Positions 18,003 through 26,279 of a stretch of 29,556 nt of DNA are shown here, one piece after another. The stretch's first letter is position 1, and every line of letters starts with the position of its first letter. The DNA is taken from IMG/VR virus record IMGVR_UViG_3300024257_000045, positions 1 through 29,556 of that record. One strand, written 5' to 3'. The position numbers and the translations under genes are program-made. The notes under the pieces are model-generated. The model had not been told where the DNA came from and did not search any database. It saw only the letters and a list, made by a program, of their open reading frames with translations. The stretch is from a virus (Duplodnaviria; Caudoviricetes).

Positions 18003-18389
18003 TTACTTCTCGAATACCGTATAATACTCAAATTTTGAGCCTTTTCTTCTGTAGTATTTACCAATACCACGACTTGTATTCTTTTCTTTGAATAGCTCAA
18101 AAGTGTCTAATTCAAGAACGATAACATTACCCATAGCAAGTATGTCATCCGTCTTTATAATATACTCTTTGATGGGTTCACAGTATGTCTTTGTATATAA
18201 TTCAGTATTAGGGAGGTTGGGAATTAGTGGCTGTGATTTAGAAATAGTCATGGCTTTAATAAAAAAATCCTTTATCTTTGGGACATAACTCTCTCCTACA
18301 ATTGATGACAGAGTAAGGACTAAAGATATCAATACTATATATTTCCATTCTTTCATTGACTTTAGAAGTAGTAATTTGTAAAAGTTCAT
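18003..18389 (-). CDS. Hypothetical protein with N-terminal membrane anchor
   Basis: YIVLISLVLTLSSIV hydrophobic segment; AAGGG SD; late-type promoter upstream. Confidence 0.6.
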   Translation of the reverse strand: MNFYKLLLLKSMKEWKYIVLISLVLTLSSIVGESYVPKIKDFFIKAMTISKSQPLIPNLPNTELYTKTYCEPIKEYIIKTDDILAMGNVIVLELDTFELFKEKNTSRGIGKYYRRKGSKFEYYTVFEK

Positions 18390-18414
18390 GGGAACCCCTT
18401 ATTTTGTTTGAGTA

Positions 18415-18450
18415 ATTGTACTATATAAAGTAGATACTACAAAGGTGTTT
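18415..18450 (-). promoter_or_regulatory. Phage late-type promoter AAACACCTTT-N20-TACAAT
   Basis: AAAGGTGTTT 18441-18450, ATTGTA 18415-18420. Confidence 0.8.
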
Positions 18451-18457
18451 AAGTATA

Positions 18458-18595
18458 TTAGATTTCCACCTCCTTTCTCTTCTTTCTTCTCTTCTGAACA
18501 TAGTGAGCTTTAAAATCTAAGCTTGTTGGCATAGCCATCTGTGTTTCTTTTTCATCAGTTGTCTTTTCTTTGGCTCTCTCTTCTCTCTCTTCCAT
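18458..18595 (-). CDS. 45-aa charged hypothetical protein (MEEREERAKE...QKRRKKRKEVEI)
   Basis: Hand translation; TAAGGA SD. Confidence 0.55.
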   Translation of the reverse strand: MEEREERAKEKTTDEKETQMAMPTSLDFKAHYVQKRRKKRKEVEI

Positions 18596-18657
18596 TTCAG
18601 TTCCTTATATTAAATAGACTCAACAAAGAGGATGAATTAACACCCCCTAAGTTCAAT

Positions 18658-18822
18658 TTACTTCTTATTTCTGATAGCTGCTATATGTGCAAAGTAATCT
18701 TTTTCTTCTACAACTTGACCCTTAACGAAACCATCTTTATTGACAGTCCCTTTAGGATTAGGTTTAGCCACCGGAGACATTACTATCTCTGGCTCTGGCT
18801 TATCATCTCCAAGTAAACTCAT
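18658..18822 (-). CDS. 54-aa protein following the capsid gene (MSLLGDDKPEPE...AAIRNKK)
   Basis: Hand translation; perfect AGGAGG SD right after the capsid stop. Confidence 0.7.
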   Translation of the reverse strand: MSLLGDDKPEPEIVMSPVAKPNPKGTVNKDGFVKGQVVEEKDYFAHIAAIRNKK

Positions 18823-18833
18823 TGTCTACCTCC

Positions 18834-19850
18834 TTAATTTGTTATTAAGAAAGCAAGTGGTACTGACTTTCTATCTACAACACGAGTCCATACAGCCGCA
18901 GAAGCAAGTTCTGTTAGTGTATAACCACCTTCAGCAGTTGGAACTCCAACAGATTGATAACCAAAAGGATGTAGGCACCAAGTCTTTCTTTCACCAATGT
19001 TTTCAATACCAGCACCGTTACCACCTAATTCATCTCTTTCTATTGCTACTGGAACCTTAGGCACACCATCACCGTAACCAAATGCACCTCTACCAAACAA
19101 TACGGTAGTATATTTAAACCCATCAGTAGCACCAGCAGTAACAGTCATGCCATCATCGACAATAACTCTTTTACCCATAAATGTGGGAATAGTTAGTGAA
19201 CCGTTAGAGTCTGGAATAAAGTCAATATCATCAGCATCTACCATTTGCTTCATAATTGCTGAGTGAACAGCTAACATAGCAATATCTTCGGCAGCATCAC
19301 CCATTGTAAAGACCGCAGAGGTAAAGTTTGCTCTTGACCATTTAGTAGTAGGAAATTGTGTAGCGATTGCTTCGGACGAAACATCTACTACCATATCGCC
19401 AGCATTTGTAACAACATTGTCAGCAAGAATACCATTAGACACTGCGATTACAGTTCTTTGAAATTGTCTTGACCAGTATGTACCAAATCTATTACGAACG
19501 TGTTGATTAGCATCTGCACCAGCAATTTCACCAGCTAAATCAGCATTTGAATACCATTGGTTAAGGAATCTTGAGCGACCTACCATTTTAGCAGTAGCGA
19601 GCTTCTGAGCAGTAGCTTTAACAGCAGGGTCTGAACTTGATAAGTTTGCTTCTACAGTTGAATCTAAATCTTTCCAAAATGGAAGATTAAAAGTATCGCC
19701 ACCTGAACCAGCTTGAGCATTTAAAACTGGATTGTTTACAATAATTCCACTTTGTACGAATACAGTTTTTTCCGGTGAATCTACCGCATCGTATGTTAAA
19801 TATACTTCCGGTACGATTACGTCCGAAATTCTAGTTGTTCCAATTGCCAT
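18834..19850 (-). CDS. Major capsid protein
   Basis: TRISDVIVPEVY...QSGII...GGDTFNLPFWKDL...VHSAI...TFMGKRVIVDD...LHPFG motifs; follows the scaffold gene. Confidence 0.92.
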   Translation of the reverse strand: MAIGTTRISDVIVPEVYLTYDAVDSPEKTVFVQSGIIVNNPVLNAQAGSGGDTFNLPFWKDLDSTVEANLSSSDPAVKATAQKLATAKMVGRSRFLNQWYSNADLAGEIAGADANQHVRNRFGTYWSRQFQRTVIAVSNGILADNVVTNAGDMVVDVSSEAIATQFPTTKWSRANFTSAVFTMGDAAEDIAMLAVHSAIMKQMVDADDIDFIPDSNGSLTIPTFMGKRVIVDDGMTVTAGATDGFKYTTVLFGRGAFGYGDGVPKVPVAIERDELGGNGAGIENIGERKTWCLHPFGYQSVGVPTAEGGYTLTELASAAVWTRVVDRKSVPLAFLITN

Positions 19851-19855
19851 TTATA

Positions 19856-20599
19856 TTATCCTCGACTAAATAGTCTATTAAATTCTGTTGGATTGCTTTT
19901 AAACAATGCCATTCTTTCTGTCTCTGACATATCAGAAGATTTTTTGCCCGTTGGTTGGTTTGGTGGAGGAGTACCGCCACCGTTGTTTACTATTTCACGA
20001 GATAAGAATTTAGGGTTTAAAGTTTTCTTCAAAGAATCGGTTATATATGTTAAAGGTAATGGTGACTGGTCTTGACTCGTTACATCCGTAAGAATATTAC
20101 CGTGTCCATCATTAACATACCATGCACCGTCTTTAAATAATGCCTTCTCTCGTATCTTCTTATCAATTAGAGTCAAAGTATCAGGGTCAGAAATATCAAA
20201 GCCTTCATAAAGACCTTTCTCTTTCACCGATTGAACAAAGCTCATCTCTGTTAGTTTTCCGTCTTTATCCGCAATACTAGCTTCATGTGCAGAGATAAGG
20301 CTTCTCAACTCTTCCTCTCTACCCTGATACTGCTTATCAAGAGTTTCTTTTAGTTCTAGCTTAATAGCTTCAATATCACCGCTATTCTTACTATTTTTGC
20401 TAAGTTCTCTTACTTCACTTGATAGTTTTTCATTACTAGACTCTAGCTCTGAGTTTTTCATTTTAAACTTGTCACGAGACTCTATAGTGTCTTTGTGTGT
20501 GCCATCTATCTTGTTAAGTATTCCCTTTAGCTCCGACTTTATCTCATCCGAAATATCGTAACCATCTAACTTTGTTAGTGCTTGTTCCATTTGACTCAT
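19856..20599 (-). CDS. Capsid scaffolding protein
   Basis: Coiled-coil charged N-half, GGG-P-rich linker, C-terminal MSETERMALFKSNPTEFNRL. ATG 20599 has AAGGA SD and is preferred over 20620. Confidence 0.8.
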   Translation of the reverse strand: MSQMEQALTKLDGYDISDEIKSELKGILNKIDGTHKDTIESRDKFKMKNSELESSNEKLSSEVRELSKNSKNSGDIEAIKLELKETLDKQYQGREEELRSLISAHEASIADKDGKLTEMSFVQSVKEKGLYEGFDISDPDTLTLIDKKIREKALFKDGAWYVNDGHGNILTDVTSQDQSPLPLTYITDSLKKTLNPKFLSREIVNNGGGTPPPNQPTGKKSSDMSETERMALFKSNPTEFNRLFSRG

Positions 20600-20612
20600 T
20601 GTTGTTTCCTTG

Positions 20613-20650
20613 TTTATCATCCGATAAAGATTTTAGTACTCATCCGAGTA
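20613..20650 (-). promoter_or_regulatory. Two tandem leader hairpins with identical C-GGAU-G loops
   Basis: Minus strand TACTC-GGAT-GAGTA (20650-20637) and TTTATC-GGAT-GATAAA (20628-20613). Confidence 0.6.
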
Positions 20651-20658
20651 TTGATAGT

Positions 20659-20695
20659 ATTATATAGTAAAATTTTAAGGAAAGTAAAGGTGTTG
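20659..20695 (-). promoter_or_regulatory. Phage late-type promoter CAACACCTTT-N21-TATAAT
   Basis: AAAGGTGTTG 20686-20695, ATTATA 20659-20664. Confidence 0.75.
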
Positions 20696-20714
20696 AAGTT
20701 TAAGGAAATATGTG

Positions 20715-21782
20715 TTACTTATTTAGCAATAGAAGATTAACCTTATCCTTAGCCAACAACTTCTTTCTAGATACATTCATAGCATCCTTAAAGGACATCT
20801 TCCCATCTTTCCATAGTTCATATCTCTTAGCACCTAAATACTCTCTTTGGTACTTATCATCAAACGATTTAAAGAATGTCTCAGGTGTTGAGCCTTTTGC
20901 TACTTGCTTGACTTCACCGACTTTAAACTTAGTTGATTTAGTTCCGTCTCTATGATTGACTTTTTTACCATTCCATTGAACTATATTCTTATCTGGATTC
21001 AACTTATCAAACTCACGAATTAAATCATTTTGAGGTATCCAAACACTTCTACAATTATAATGTGTCTTAGGTCTATACTTTGCCGCTGCTTGTTCTTTAG
21101 TAATATACCCATTATGTAAGAAACAATACTTAGATGTTCTGGTATCCATAACAGCACTGAATTTATACCCATCTATCTCATCTTCAAATTCTTTCCAACT
21201 CTCATTTTTAACCGCTTCGATATTCTCTAGCATAGAAGTACGGATTAAAGTATTAGCTTGATTTCTATAAGTGGCTCCGATAGTATTTCTAACATTTCTA
21301 CCTATTTCTGCTATTCCTTGACCTTTATCAAAGCCATTAATAATAATACCTTGTACTTTAGCAGTAGAGGTACTGTTAAGATGTTTAAAATGTTTGTCTA
21401 ATGTATGCCCTTGAATTAGCATATTTTTATTTGTGAGTCTTGCTTTGGCTTCCTTAGATATGTCTTTGAATTTAGTGAAAGCTTTGGCGGCTTGAGTAGT
21501 AACAAACCCATCAGCCATGATAGAACCCATTTTATCCCAAGTAGTACCAGCAATATCTCTCATATCTTCTATAACAGCTTCATCTAAATCTTCAAAGGCT
21601 AGACTCATCTCTTTATTAACAAGTGTTCTTATTTTCTTCTGATTAGTTGTATTAGCTATTCCAGCTAAGATATTCTTCTGAGCTTGTAGTAGATTTTCTT
21701 CTAATATCAAAGCACTATCAGGCTGGACTCTCTCTAGATATAATAGTGCCTTAGTTACTTCTTGTTCAAGATTCTGAGTCAT
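20715..21782 (-). CDS. Minor head / head morphogenesis protein (SPP1 gp7 / Mu gpF-like)
   Basis: ANTLIRT...SAVMDTRTSKYC...PKTHYNCRS...QREYLGAKRYELW motifs. Confidence 0.88.
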   Translation of the reverse strand: MTQNLEQEVTKALLYLERVQPDSALILEENLLQAQKNILAGIANTTNQKKIRTLVNKEMSLAFEDLDEAVIEDMRDIAGTTWDKMGSIMADGFVTTQAAKAFTKFKDISKEAKARLTNKNMLIQGHTLDKHFKHLNSTSTAKVQGIIINGFDKGQGIAEIGRNVRNTIGATYRNQANTLIRTSMLENIEAVKNESWKEFEDEIDGYKFSAVMDTRTSKYCFLHNGYITKEQAAAKYRPKTHYNCRSVWIPQNDLIREFDKLNPDKNIVQWNGKKVNHRDGTKSTKFKVGEVKQVAKGSTPETFFKSFDDKYQREYLGAKRYELWKDGKMSFKDAMNVSRKKLLAKDKVNLLLLNK

Positions 21783-23136
21783 CGTTACTCAACATACCGT
21801 CAGTTGCTATTTTCTCGCTCTCGGCTTCTTTATCGAAATCACTAGGTAATCTAAAAGTGCCACTTGCTATGATTGAATACATAGTTTCTATAGACATAGT
21901 TCCACTTACTACCATTGTATTTAGAGCTAAAGCTTCTTGAGCTGTCAAAGGTTGAGTCAATATATCCGCTTCAACACCAATACTTCCACCATCATCTAAG
22001 TTATACATCTTAGCAGCCATAAGTAGCATTAGCTCAGCAGTATCTACTAATGACCTAACATAAGTATTTAGTTTTGACTGTGATTGATTAGTGCTTACAC
22101 CAACCTCAAAAGCTGTAGTGTTTCCATCGCTAGTAATTGCAGATAAAGCTATCTCTCTCATCTTGGTTTCTATTCTATCTAGTAGAGTAGAGTTTATCGC
22201 AACACCTCCGCCATCATAATCTAACCATTCAACAGTAGCATCTGTGTTAGTGGTAGCAACAGCCTTATTAGCACCTACTACCATTCCTTTTATCTCTTCC
22301 GCATCAAATCCGAACATCTTAAGCATTGGCACACTTGCTATATGAGCTGAGTGTCTAGAGTCTGTAAATATCTGATAATGAGCGATATTCAAATTAGCTA
22401 AATCTAAAAATGGTGGCATAGCACTAAAGTATTCTTTACCACCTAAGTTAAGAGCAACTAATGGTATAAAGTTTAAGCCAGTGCTTCCACTCTCAATCTT
22501 AACTTCGCCATTCTGTTGAACTTGCCATATCTCATAGCCACCAATAGTTAATATTCTATACTGGTCAATTGCTTCTTCTGCATAAGGATTATTAGCATCA
22601 GCTACCATAACTGACTCACGAATCTTAACCTGACTTAAAACTATCTGTCCACTTATAGTCTCTGTTTTCCAACTTGTGACATTCTCAGGCTGAATAATTG
22701 TATAGTATGGCTTGATCCCTTGAGCTATCTCATCGGCTTTACTTGTTACATTGTCACCTTTTGGAGTGTCTACTAATGCAAAACAAATCCCTTTTCTTAG
22801 TGCAGTGATAAATAGATTTTGGAGTAGCACATCAAAGTGATTACCTTGAGCATCTGCATTTTCTATACTTGGAAGTAGTTGTGAAGGAATATTATCACCG
22901 TAAACAATAGGGTTTTTAAAGATAAGCCCAGCGATACCTTCTAAGTTTGGGTTAAATGAGTCGAAGAAAGTTCCCTTAGCTAGTCTATTGTCATAGCTCT
23001 TAGTAGTCTCTCCATCCTCTTTAGGAAGATAAGCCTCTCCAGATGATTTAATCTTATACCCACCTGCTACAATGTCATCTATGAGCTTATAATGAGGAAG
23101 CTTATCGTTTAATATCGGTGATACATATTCTAGCAT
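21766..23136 (-). CDS. Portal protein (DUF4055-like)
   Basis: YLPKEDGET...YDNRL, ENADAQGN, ALVDTP, PPFLDLANLNIAHYQ...H..SVP motifs. Confidence 0.9.
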   Translation of the reverse strand: MLEYVSPILNDKLPHYKLIDDIVAGGYKIKSSGEAYLPKEDGETTKSYDNRLAKGTFFDSFNPNLEGIAGLIFKNPIVYGDNIPSQLLPSIENADAQGNHFDVLLQNLFITALRKGICFALVDTPKGDNVTSKADEIAQGIKPYYTIIQPENVTSWKTETISGQIVLSQVKIRESVMVADANNPYAEEAIDQYRILTIGGYEIWQVQQNGEVKIESGSTGLNFIPLVALNLGGKEYFSAMPPFLDLANLNIAHYQIFTDSRHSAHIASVPMLKMFGFDAEEIKGMVVGANKAVATTNTDATVEWLDYDGGGVAINSTLLDRIETKMREIALSAITSDGNTTAFEVGVSTNQSQSKLNTYVRSLVDTAELMLLMAAKMYNLDDGGSIGVEADILTQPLTAQEALALNTMVVSGTMSIETMYSIIASGTFRLPSDFDKEAESEKIATDGMLSNDDSES

Positions 23137-23166
23137 TAATAAGCCTTAGTTCTTTATTTTAGGCTT

Positions 23167-23202
23167 ATTATAGCATTCTATTTATTATTTACAAAGGTGT
23201 TT
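23167..23202 (-). promoter_or_regulatory. Phage late-type promoter AAACACCTTT-N20-TATAAT
   Basis: AAAGGTGTTT 23193-23202, ATTATA 23167-23172, upstream of portal. Confidence 0.8.
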
Positions 23203-23311
23203 ATAATCTTTAATTGCATTATGCTGTAGACGATAATACAATTGTTCCAAACATTATAATTCCCAAAATCAATAACTTAACTGTTATTTGTATATATTCT
23301 TCTTTTGACAC

Positions 23312-24178
23312 TTAATATCCCTTTATCTTAACCTCATTACCATAGTCTATAACTATAGTATCTGCACAAACAACCGTATTGCTTTTCAAATACTCAGCCA
23401 TCATCTCTTCATCTGTTTTACCAATCGGAGTAGGCTTAGCTCTTGATTTTTCTTTAACAGCTTCTCTATGTGCTTTATTAATAGCTCTCGCTTTCTCTAT
23501 AGCAACCTTAGAGACTTCTCTACGATTTACCTTGGTTCTGTATTCTTTAACCGCCTTTACCCCTAATTTTCGACCACACTTAACACCTCTCTGTAGCATC
23601 GTTTCTTTTCGCTTTAAATCAGCAGCTTTTAAGTCACTATCAAGATGCTTACAGGCTGTGCATGATGTTCTCTCTGCTGAGTGCTTCTGCAATACTTTTT
23701 TCTCGTCTCCGCAGTGTTTACAGATTCGATAAAATACTTTTGGTGGATTTTTCTCTTTACCTAAATGTCTGCATTTATTACATGACTTTAAGCCACCAGC
23801 AGAAGCTTGTTTTACTCTCTTACTATCTCCACAATGTTTACATATTCTAAAGTATCTAGTTGGTACTACCATTTTCATCTCCATTAAATCAAAATAAATA
23901 TAATCTACTTTCTTTTTTCTTGACTTCCTGCTGCATTTCGTACACTTGCTAGTCTTTCTCTTTGCTGGAGATTCTCTAACACTTGGGCATGTAGGACAAA
24001 ATAACCAGTATCGCTTATGCTCACCTATTTTCTTTCGATTCTTTCCCTGCATGTCAGCGGCTTGGATTTTGGCTCTACATTGCATGCACATTGTCCCTTT
24101 CTTTGGCTTATATGACACTTCTTTTGAATCTGAACATACAGAACAAACTCTTGTGTAGGTTCTATTCTTAATCGGCAT
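23312..24178 (-). CDS. Basic protein with four tandem CxxC-x15/16-CxxC zinc ribbons
   Basis: CSVC..CMQC, CPTC..CTKC, CKHC..CNKC, CKHC..CTAC; very K/R-rich. Confidence 0.8.
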   Translation of the reverse strand: MPIKNRTYTRVCSVCSDSKEVSYKPKKGTMCMQCRAKIQAADMQGKNRKKIGEHKRYWLFCPTCPSVRESPAKRKTSKCTKCSRKSRKKKVDYIYFDLMEMKMVVPTRYFRICKHCGDSKRVKQASAGGLKSCNKCRHLGKEKNPPKVFYRICKHCGDEKKVLQKHSAERTSCTACKHLDSDLKAADLKRKETMLQRGVKCGRKLGVKAVKEYRTKVNRREVSKVAIEKARAINKAHREAVKEKSRAKPTPIGKTDEEMMAEYLKSNTVVCADTIVIDYGNEVKIKGY

Positions 24179-24248
24179 CTTTAGACTCCCATTTGTTGTC
24201 TAGTCTTAATGGCCTTTTCATCTTCTCAACCTTTTAATTAGATTAGGA

Positions 24249-24292
24249 ATTATAATGTTAATTTGCTTAAAGTTTACTTAAAATGTAGATAT
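24249..24292 (-). promoter_or_regulatory. Host-like promoter CTTTAAGCAAAT-N6-TATAAT with upstream 13-mer
   Basis: ATTATA 24249-24254, ATTTGCTTAAAG 24261-24272, AAAATGTAGATAT 24280-24292. Confidence 0.7.
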
Positions 24293-24387
24293 ACTCTTTG
24301 CTTTTCTTCTTTTTGCTTTTCCGTTTTGCCACTTAGTTTTATTTTGTCTCCATGTCATCATCTTTATCAGCTTGTTTTCTATAATCA

Positions 24388-24537
24388 TTATATCTTCTCA
24401 GTTACTTTTTTCTTTTCTAGCTCATTAACCATATAATTAAAAAATTCTATCATGCTCATTTCGTATCTATGAGAAATCTTTTTAAACCTTACTAAGTCTT
24501 TCTTCTCTACTCTTAACATCGCTGTATCTTTCTGCAT
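24388..24537 (-). CDS. 49-aa ribbon-helix-helix (CopG/Arc-like) DNA-binding protein
   Basis: Hand translation MQKDTAMLRVEKKDLVRFKKISHRYEMSMIEFFNYMVNELEKKKVTEKI; AAAGGA SD; strand-helix-turn-helix pattern. Confidence 0.6.
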   Translation of the reverse strand: MQKDTAMLRVEKKDLVRFKKISHRYEMSMIEFFNYMVNELEKKKVTEKI

Positions 24538-24592
24538 TTTTCAATCCTTTTGTATATTTTGTATGCGATAATATACAACAATTAACATAAAA

Positions 24593-24773
24593 GTACTCCA
24601 TCTTATATACATATATTAAATTATTAAATTATTGTATGCTTGACAAATAGATTTAAAGTGGGTACTATATATTTTATATATATAGTTTTTTTAAATTATT
24701 GTATACTTTTGATAATTTAACCTCTTAAATTATCGTAAATTATCGACCCTCTTTTTTAAATTATTAAATTATC
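24593..24773. repeat. Iteron-like element B (7 direct + 1 inverted TAAATTAT, hairpin, TTGACA-N17-TACTAT)
   Basis: TAAATTAT at 24617, 24625, 24692, 24726, 24736, 24757, 24765; GATAATTTAA-N4-TTAAATTATC at 24711-24734; ACTATATAT-N5-ATATATAGT at 24664-24686; TTGACA 24640-24645. Confidence 0.85.
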
Positions 24774-24804
24774 ACTTTTTAATAGTATATGCTATAATTG
24801 CTAT

Positions 24805-24922
24805 GATTAATTCGTAGAGCTGTAGCATAAATCCTACACCCTACAGTTCTTCAAATTAATGGTGTAGGTAGTTTCGATTATGTTCTAGATGAGATAGTTT
24901 TGTCTATGCTCTAAAAATCGAA
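24805..24922 (+). ncRNA. Candidate structured small RNA (hairpin/pseudoknot plus second hairpin)
   Basis: TGCTATAAT at 24790-24798; stem 24806-24825/24841-24860; loop CCTACACC complementary to GGTGTAGG 24861-24868; TTCGATT/AATCGAA-closed hairpin 24873-24922; no plus-strand ORF of meaningful length. Confidence 0.5.
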
Positions 24923-24982
24923 CAATTCAGATATTCTAACCAGTGAATAAATCCCGATTATAAACATTGCTATTTCAATCAT
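24911..24982 (-). CDS. 23-aa hydrophobic peptide (MIEIAMFIIGIYSLVRISELFDF)
   Basis: AAAAGGA SD; TACAAT -10 at 25005-25000; single TM-like stretch. Confidence 0.5.
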   Translation of the reverse strand: MIEIAMFIIGIYSLVRISELFDF

Positions 24983-25022
24983 ATTAAATCCTTTTGTTAA
25001 TTGTATCTACTAATATTTTAAA

Positions 25023-26279
25023 CTATACTATAAAATCAGAACTACTTAATGTAGATTTGCCATAGCTTGAATAGTGCCAAGTAGCATACGAGAAAGCATC
25101 AAATACATCATCAAAGTACTCGTGCTTCTTATTAGGCATACCATTATCATCAAAAACGTGCTTTTCAAGACTCTCTAGCAATCTTTTACACTTACTTGAT
25201 ACAAATACTCGCCTAGTCTTATCTGTAGAGCATACCATACTATTACAAGCATTAACTCTATCAATAACATTAGGATTCTTTGTTAAGTTTCTAACTGAAT
25301 ATCCGTATGACTTAATAATAGTAATATCGGTTTGACCACCACTACTAGATTTATTAGCTGCACCACTAGCATCGGTATGAAATAACTTCTTATGTCTTGG
25401 GTATCTTCTTTGTATTGCTTCCATTAAGTCATTAGTATTAAACGACCCAAAGAACTCATCTACGGCATGAAGTTCATCGCCACGACTAACAAACACTATA
25501 CATGGCATTAAGTTTATGTTGAAGTCAATTCCAAATATAAGAGTATCGTGTATTGTAGGTACTTCTTTAGTTGAGTTAAGCTCTCTATCGAAATTAGGAA
25601 CTACTAAGCCGTCAAAGCTCTCAAAACTAGCTAAATACTCTTGTCTAAAAGTTCTATCGTCTAAATCATTCATAGCAGATTGTATTTCACTACCAGGAAC
25701 ATATCCACCATCAATAGTAGTGAATTGCCACGACTCCCAGTCATCATTAGTCTTAGCTTGATTGTATAAATCATAGAAGTAATTTCTACCCATCGGTGAA
25801 CTAATAAATAAAGCCCATCCTTGCTGGTCTGATAGAGCTGGTCTTAATACCTTTTGCCATACATTCTCTGGGTCTCTCATGGTAGCGAACTCATCCATTA
25901 CGACACCGCTTAGCGAAACACCCCTCATAGTATCAGGTCTATCAGCACCTTTTAGCATTATTCTAGCACCGTTTAGTAAAGTAACTTCTAATCTTGACTC
26001 ATTAATTACTTTAGCTAGTTTATTTCTAACTTTACTTTTAAGTATTTCCCATAAAATCTGTCTAGCTTGTGCAAATGTAGGAGCGACAAAGAAATAGATA
26101 GCATCCTTTTTGGCTATAGCGGCTGTTATTATTATGAATGTAGCAAGATATGATTTTCCAAATCTTCTACCACATCCTGCAACTTTAAATCTAGCATTTG
26201 AGTGAAAAATAGAGTGTTGTTTTTCTTTTAAGTGTTTCTTTGAGTTAAATTTTACTAGTGTTTGACTACTCAATCTCAA
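25023..26279 (-). CDS. terL: Terminase large subunit
   Basis: Walker A GRRFGKS, Walker B VVMDE, ISSPMG coupling motif, nuclease GIDFN and DDVFDAFSY. Confidence 0.95.
   Translation of the reverse strand: MRLSSQTLVKFNSKKHLKEKQHSIFHSNARFKVAGCGRRFGKSYLATFIIITAAIAKKDAIYFFVAPTFAQARQILWEILKSKVRNKLAKVINESRLEVTLLNGARIMLKGADRPDTMRGVSLSGVVMDEFATMRDPENVWQKVLRPALSDQQGWALFISSPMGRNYFYDLYNQAKTNDDWESWQFTTIDGGYVPGSEIQSAMNDLDDRTFRQEYLASFESFDGLVVPNFDRELNSTKEVPTIHDTLIFGIDFNINLMPCIVFVSRGDELHAVDEFFGSFNTNDLMEAIQRRYPRHKKLFHTDASGAANKSSSGGQTDITIIKSYGYSVRNLTKNPNVIDRVNACNSMVCSTDKTRRVFVSSKCKRLLESLEKHVFDDNGMPNKKHEYFDDVFDAFSYATWHYSSYGKSTLSSSDFIV

Noticed and set aside
18003-18389. Holin or spanin call
   Set aside because: Single N-terminal hydrophobic segment, no lipobox and no adjacent endolysin; left as a hypothetical membrane protein
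24772-24828. 18-aa hydrophobic minus-strand ORF MLQLYELIIAIIAYTIKK (Ibs-like toxin)
   Set aside because: SD-to-ATG spacing is only 3 nt, and the sequence is explained as the reverse complement of the plus-strand promoter and stem; not fully excluded
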